64,000 nucleotides of DNA from Bacilli bacterium (GTDB lineage Bacteria > Bacillota_I > Bacilli_A > RF39 > UBA660): the NCBI GenBank assembly GCA_017936845.1, contig JAGBES010000023.1, positions 26,720 through 90,719 of the forward strand, read 5' to 3'. Positions 61,756 to 64,000 of this stretch are shown piece by piece. Position 1 is the stretch's first letter. Each line of letters opens with the position of its first letter. Below the pieces are notes generated by a model. That model searched no databases. It was not told the DNA's origin and saw nothing but the letters and a program-made list of their open reading frames with translations. The translations under genes and the position numbers were made by a program.

Positions 61756-63705
61756 ATGTTCAAATTAGAGTCAAAATATAAACCAAGTGGAGATCAACCA
61801 CAAGCAATAGAAAGTTTAGTAAATGGAATAAAAAATGGTGAGAAATACCAGGTTTTACTAGGAGCAACAGGAACTGGTAAAACTTTTACGATTGCTAATG
61901 TAATTGAAAAAGTGCAAAAGCCTACACTCGTTTTAGCTCACAATAAGACCCTTGCAGGACAACTTTATGCAGAGCTTAAAGAATTGTTTCCTCACAACCA
62001 CGTATGCTATTTTGTATCATATTACGATTATTATCAACCAGAAGCATATGTAGCTAAAACAGATACATATATAGAAAAAGATGCATCAATAAATGATGAA
62101 ATAGATGAATTAAGACATTATGCAACATCATCACTTTTAAATTATGATGATGTAATAGTAGTATCATCAGTTTCATGTATTTATGGAATAGGTGAAATAG
62201 AAGAATATAAGAATAAGATGTTAACGCTAAGTGTTAATGATAAATTAAATAGAGATGATCTATTAATGAAATTAATAGATATGCTATATGAAAGAAATGA
62301 TATAGAATTAAAAAGGGGAACTTTTAGAGTAAGAGGAGATATATTAGAAATAATGCCAATAAATCAACATGGCAAAGCTTTAAGAATCGATTTTTTTGGT
62401 GACGAAATAGATAATATATATGAATATGATACAGTAACAGGAGCACTTATAAATAGTAAAAAAAGCATAAGTTTATTTCCTGCTAGTCACTTTGTAACAA
62501 ATGAAGATAAATTAAAACTTGCTATAAAAAATATAAAAATAGAATTAGAACAACAATTAGAAAAATTTAAGAAAGAAAATAAGTTATTAGAATATCAAAG
62601 ATTAAAAGAAAGAACAAATTATGATTTAGAAATGTTAAGTGAAACAGGTACATGTAGAGGAGTAGAAAATTATTCAAGACATCTTGCCTTAAAAGAAGCA
62701 GGAGCAACTCCTACAACATTAATAGATTTTTTTCAAAATAATTTTTTATTAGTAGTAGATGAATCACATGTAACACTTCCACAAGTAAGAGGTATGTATA
62801 ATGGAGATCAAGCAAGAAAAAAAGTACTAGTAGATTATGGATTTAGATTACCAAGCGCTATGGATAATAGACCACTTAAATATGAAGAATTTGAAAAAAA
62901 AATAGATCAAATGATTTGTATATCTGCAACTCCAGGCGATTATGAAATAGAAAAAGCAAATGGTAAAATAATAGAACAAATAATAAGACCAACAGGATTA
63001 TTAGATCCAAAAATAAAAATAAAACCAACATTAAATCAAATAGATGATTTAATAGAAGAAATAACTGAACAATGCAAAAATAACGAAAGAACATTAATAA
63101 CAACATTAACAATTAGAATGGCAGAAGAATTAACAAACTATTTAAAACAATTAGATATAAAAGTTGCATATTTACATAGTGAAGTAAAAACATTAGAAAG
63201 ACTAGAAATAATAAGAGATTTAAGAATAGGAAAATATGATGTATTAGTAGGGATAAACTTACTTAGAGAAGGACTTGATATACCAGAAGTAAGTTTAGTA
63301 GCAATTATGGATGCTGATAAACAAGGTTTTTTAAGAAGTGAAAAGAGTTTAATTCAAACAATAGGAAGAGCAGCTAGAAATTCAAATGGGAGAGTTATAA
63401 TGTACGCAGATGTAATAAGTGACTCAATGAATTATGCTATAAAAGAAACAGAAAGAAGAAGAAATATTCAAGAAGAATATAATAAAAAAAATAATATAAT
63501 TCCAAAAACAATAATAAAAGATATAAAAGAAGTAGTAAGTAATAATAAAGAAATAAAGCAAGAAAATAATAAAAAATTAACAAAAACAGAAACAAAAGAA
63601 ATGTTAAATAAATTAGAAGAAGAAATGCGTTTGGCTGCAGCACAATTAGATTTTGAAAGAGCAATGGAATTAAGAGATATAATTTTTGAAATGAAAAGTG
63701 AGTAA
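61756..63705 (+). CDS. uvrB: excinuclease ABC subunit B
   Basis: Helicase motifs GATGTGKT and DESH, a beta-hairpin and a C-terminal UVR domain. 649 aa. Confidence 0.96.
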   Translation: MFKLESKYKPSGDQPQAIESLVNGIKNGEKYQVLLGATGTGKTFTIANVIEKVQKPTLVLAHNKTLAGQLYAELKELFPHNHVCYFVSYYDYYQPEAYVAKTDTYIEKDASINDEIDELRHYATSSLLNYDDVIVVSSVSCIYGIGEIEEYKNKMLTLSVNDKLNRDDLLMKLIDMLYERNDIELKRGTFRVRGDILEIMPINQHGKALRIDFFGDEIDNIYEYDTVTGALINSKKSISLFPASHFVTNEDKLKLAIKNIKIELEQQLEKFKKENKLLEYQRLKERTNYDLEMLSETGTCRGVENYSRHLALKEAGATPTTLIDFFQNNFLLVVDESHVTLPQVRGMYNGDQARKKVLVDYGFRLPSAMDNRPLKYEEFEKKIDQMICISATPGDYEIEKANGKIIEQIIRPTGLLDPKIKIKPTLNQIDDLIEEITEQCKNNERTLITTLTIRMAEELTNYLKQLDIKVAYLHSEVKTLERLEIIRDLRIGKYDVLVGINLLREGLDIPEVSLVAIMDADKQGFLRSEKSLIQTIGRAARNSNGRVIMYADVISDSMNYAIKETERRRNIQEEYNKKNNIIPKTIIKDIKEVVSNNKEIKQENNKKLTKTETKEMLNKLEEEMRLAAAQLDFERAMELRDIIFEMKSE

Positions 63706-63756
63706 TCACTTTTTTTCTTTAAAATAAATGTGATATAATAAAAATGGAGGAATAAT

Positions 63757-64000
63757 ATGAAAATACCAAGAATAAAAAAAATTAGATTATTAGAAAATGC
63801 AATATATATAGTTGGGTATGCATTAATATTAATAATAATGTCAATAATATTTAAAAATACGATTCAAATAGATAATAGCTATTTAGGAATATGGGGATTA
63901 TTAATTTCATTAGTTATATATATATTAAATAAAACTGTAAAACCAATAATAGTAAAATTAACTATTCCTATAACAGCACTTACACTTGGAATATTTTATC
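63757..64000 (+). CDS. DUF360 / phage-holin-4_2 (YvlD-like) membrane protein, 5' portion only (runs off the window)
   Basis: RBS GGAGG; a hydrophobic sequence with the motif LNKTVKPIIVKLTIPITALTLGIF, similar to the YvlD-family RPIL...LPLNLLTLGLF. Confidence 0.5.
   Translation, partial: MKIPRIKKIRLLENAIYIVGYALILIIMSIIFKNTIQIDNSYLGIWGLLISLVIYILNKTVKPIIVKLTIPITALTLGIFY

Noticed and set aside
63757-64000. The DUF360/holin-4_2-like ORF considered as evidence of a prophage.
   Set aside because: YvlD-type DUF360 proteins are common chromosomal membrane proteins. There are no integrase, terminase or capsid genes nearby in this window.

Overview
This window is the origin-of-replication neighbourhood of a very AT-rich (roughly 25-30% GC) low-GC Gram-positive chromosome. 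The gene order is Bacillus/Erysipelotrichia-like and every long ORF is intact under the standard code, so it is not a table-4 Mollicute. From 1 to 13.1 kb the minus strand carries the complete S10-spc-alpha ribosomal-protein cluster (rpsJ through rpoA, then the start of rplQ) with secY, adk, infA and rpmJ. rpmD, map and the short rpsN paralog are absent. A LicD-family gene lies between that cluster and rpsF-ssb-rpsR. Next come ychF, an AbgT-family transporter, DUF951, MscS and parB-parA. Continuing on the minus strand: ftsH, tilS, ung, an AgcS symporter, ksgA, a 3D-domain protein, tatD, a dut-metG pair with a T-box-like leader, a SpoVT/AbrB-like regulator, a PHP phosphatase, mfd, pth, rsmI, yabB, yaaT, holB, a BofA-like peptide, recR, ybaB and dnaX. 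Then come tadA with an unannotated small SRP RNA, gyrA, gyrB, recF, a ComK homolog and dnaN-dnaA. oriC is a cluster of DnaA boxes of the form TGTGGAAAA in the roughly 400-bp dnaA/rpmH divergent spacer. The plus strand then carries rpmH, rnpA, yidC, jag, mnmE, mnmG, rsmG, a 506-aa ParB/Noc-like protein carrying three and a half near-identical 114-bp in-frame tandem repeats, an 80-aa ORF, uvrB and the start of a DUF360/holin-4_2-like membrane protein. The most unusual signals are: (1) four copies of a 19-20-bp CACGTG-centred palindrome arranged symmetrically around the tadA-SRP RNA unit, (2) the repeat-expanded orphan ParB/Noc paralog next to rsmG, (3) comK sitting in the yaaA slot between dnaN and recF, (4) two well-signalled small ORFs missing from the ORF track, and (5) a T-box-like leader ahead of dut-metG. 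No CRISPR array, IS element or prophage was seen.
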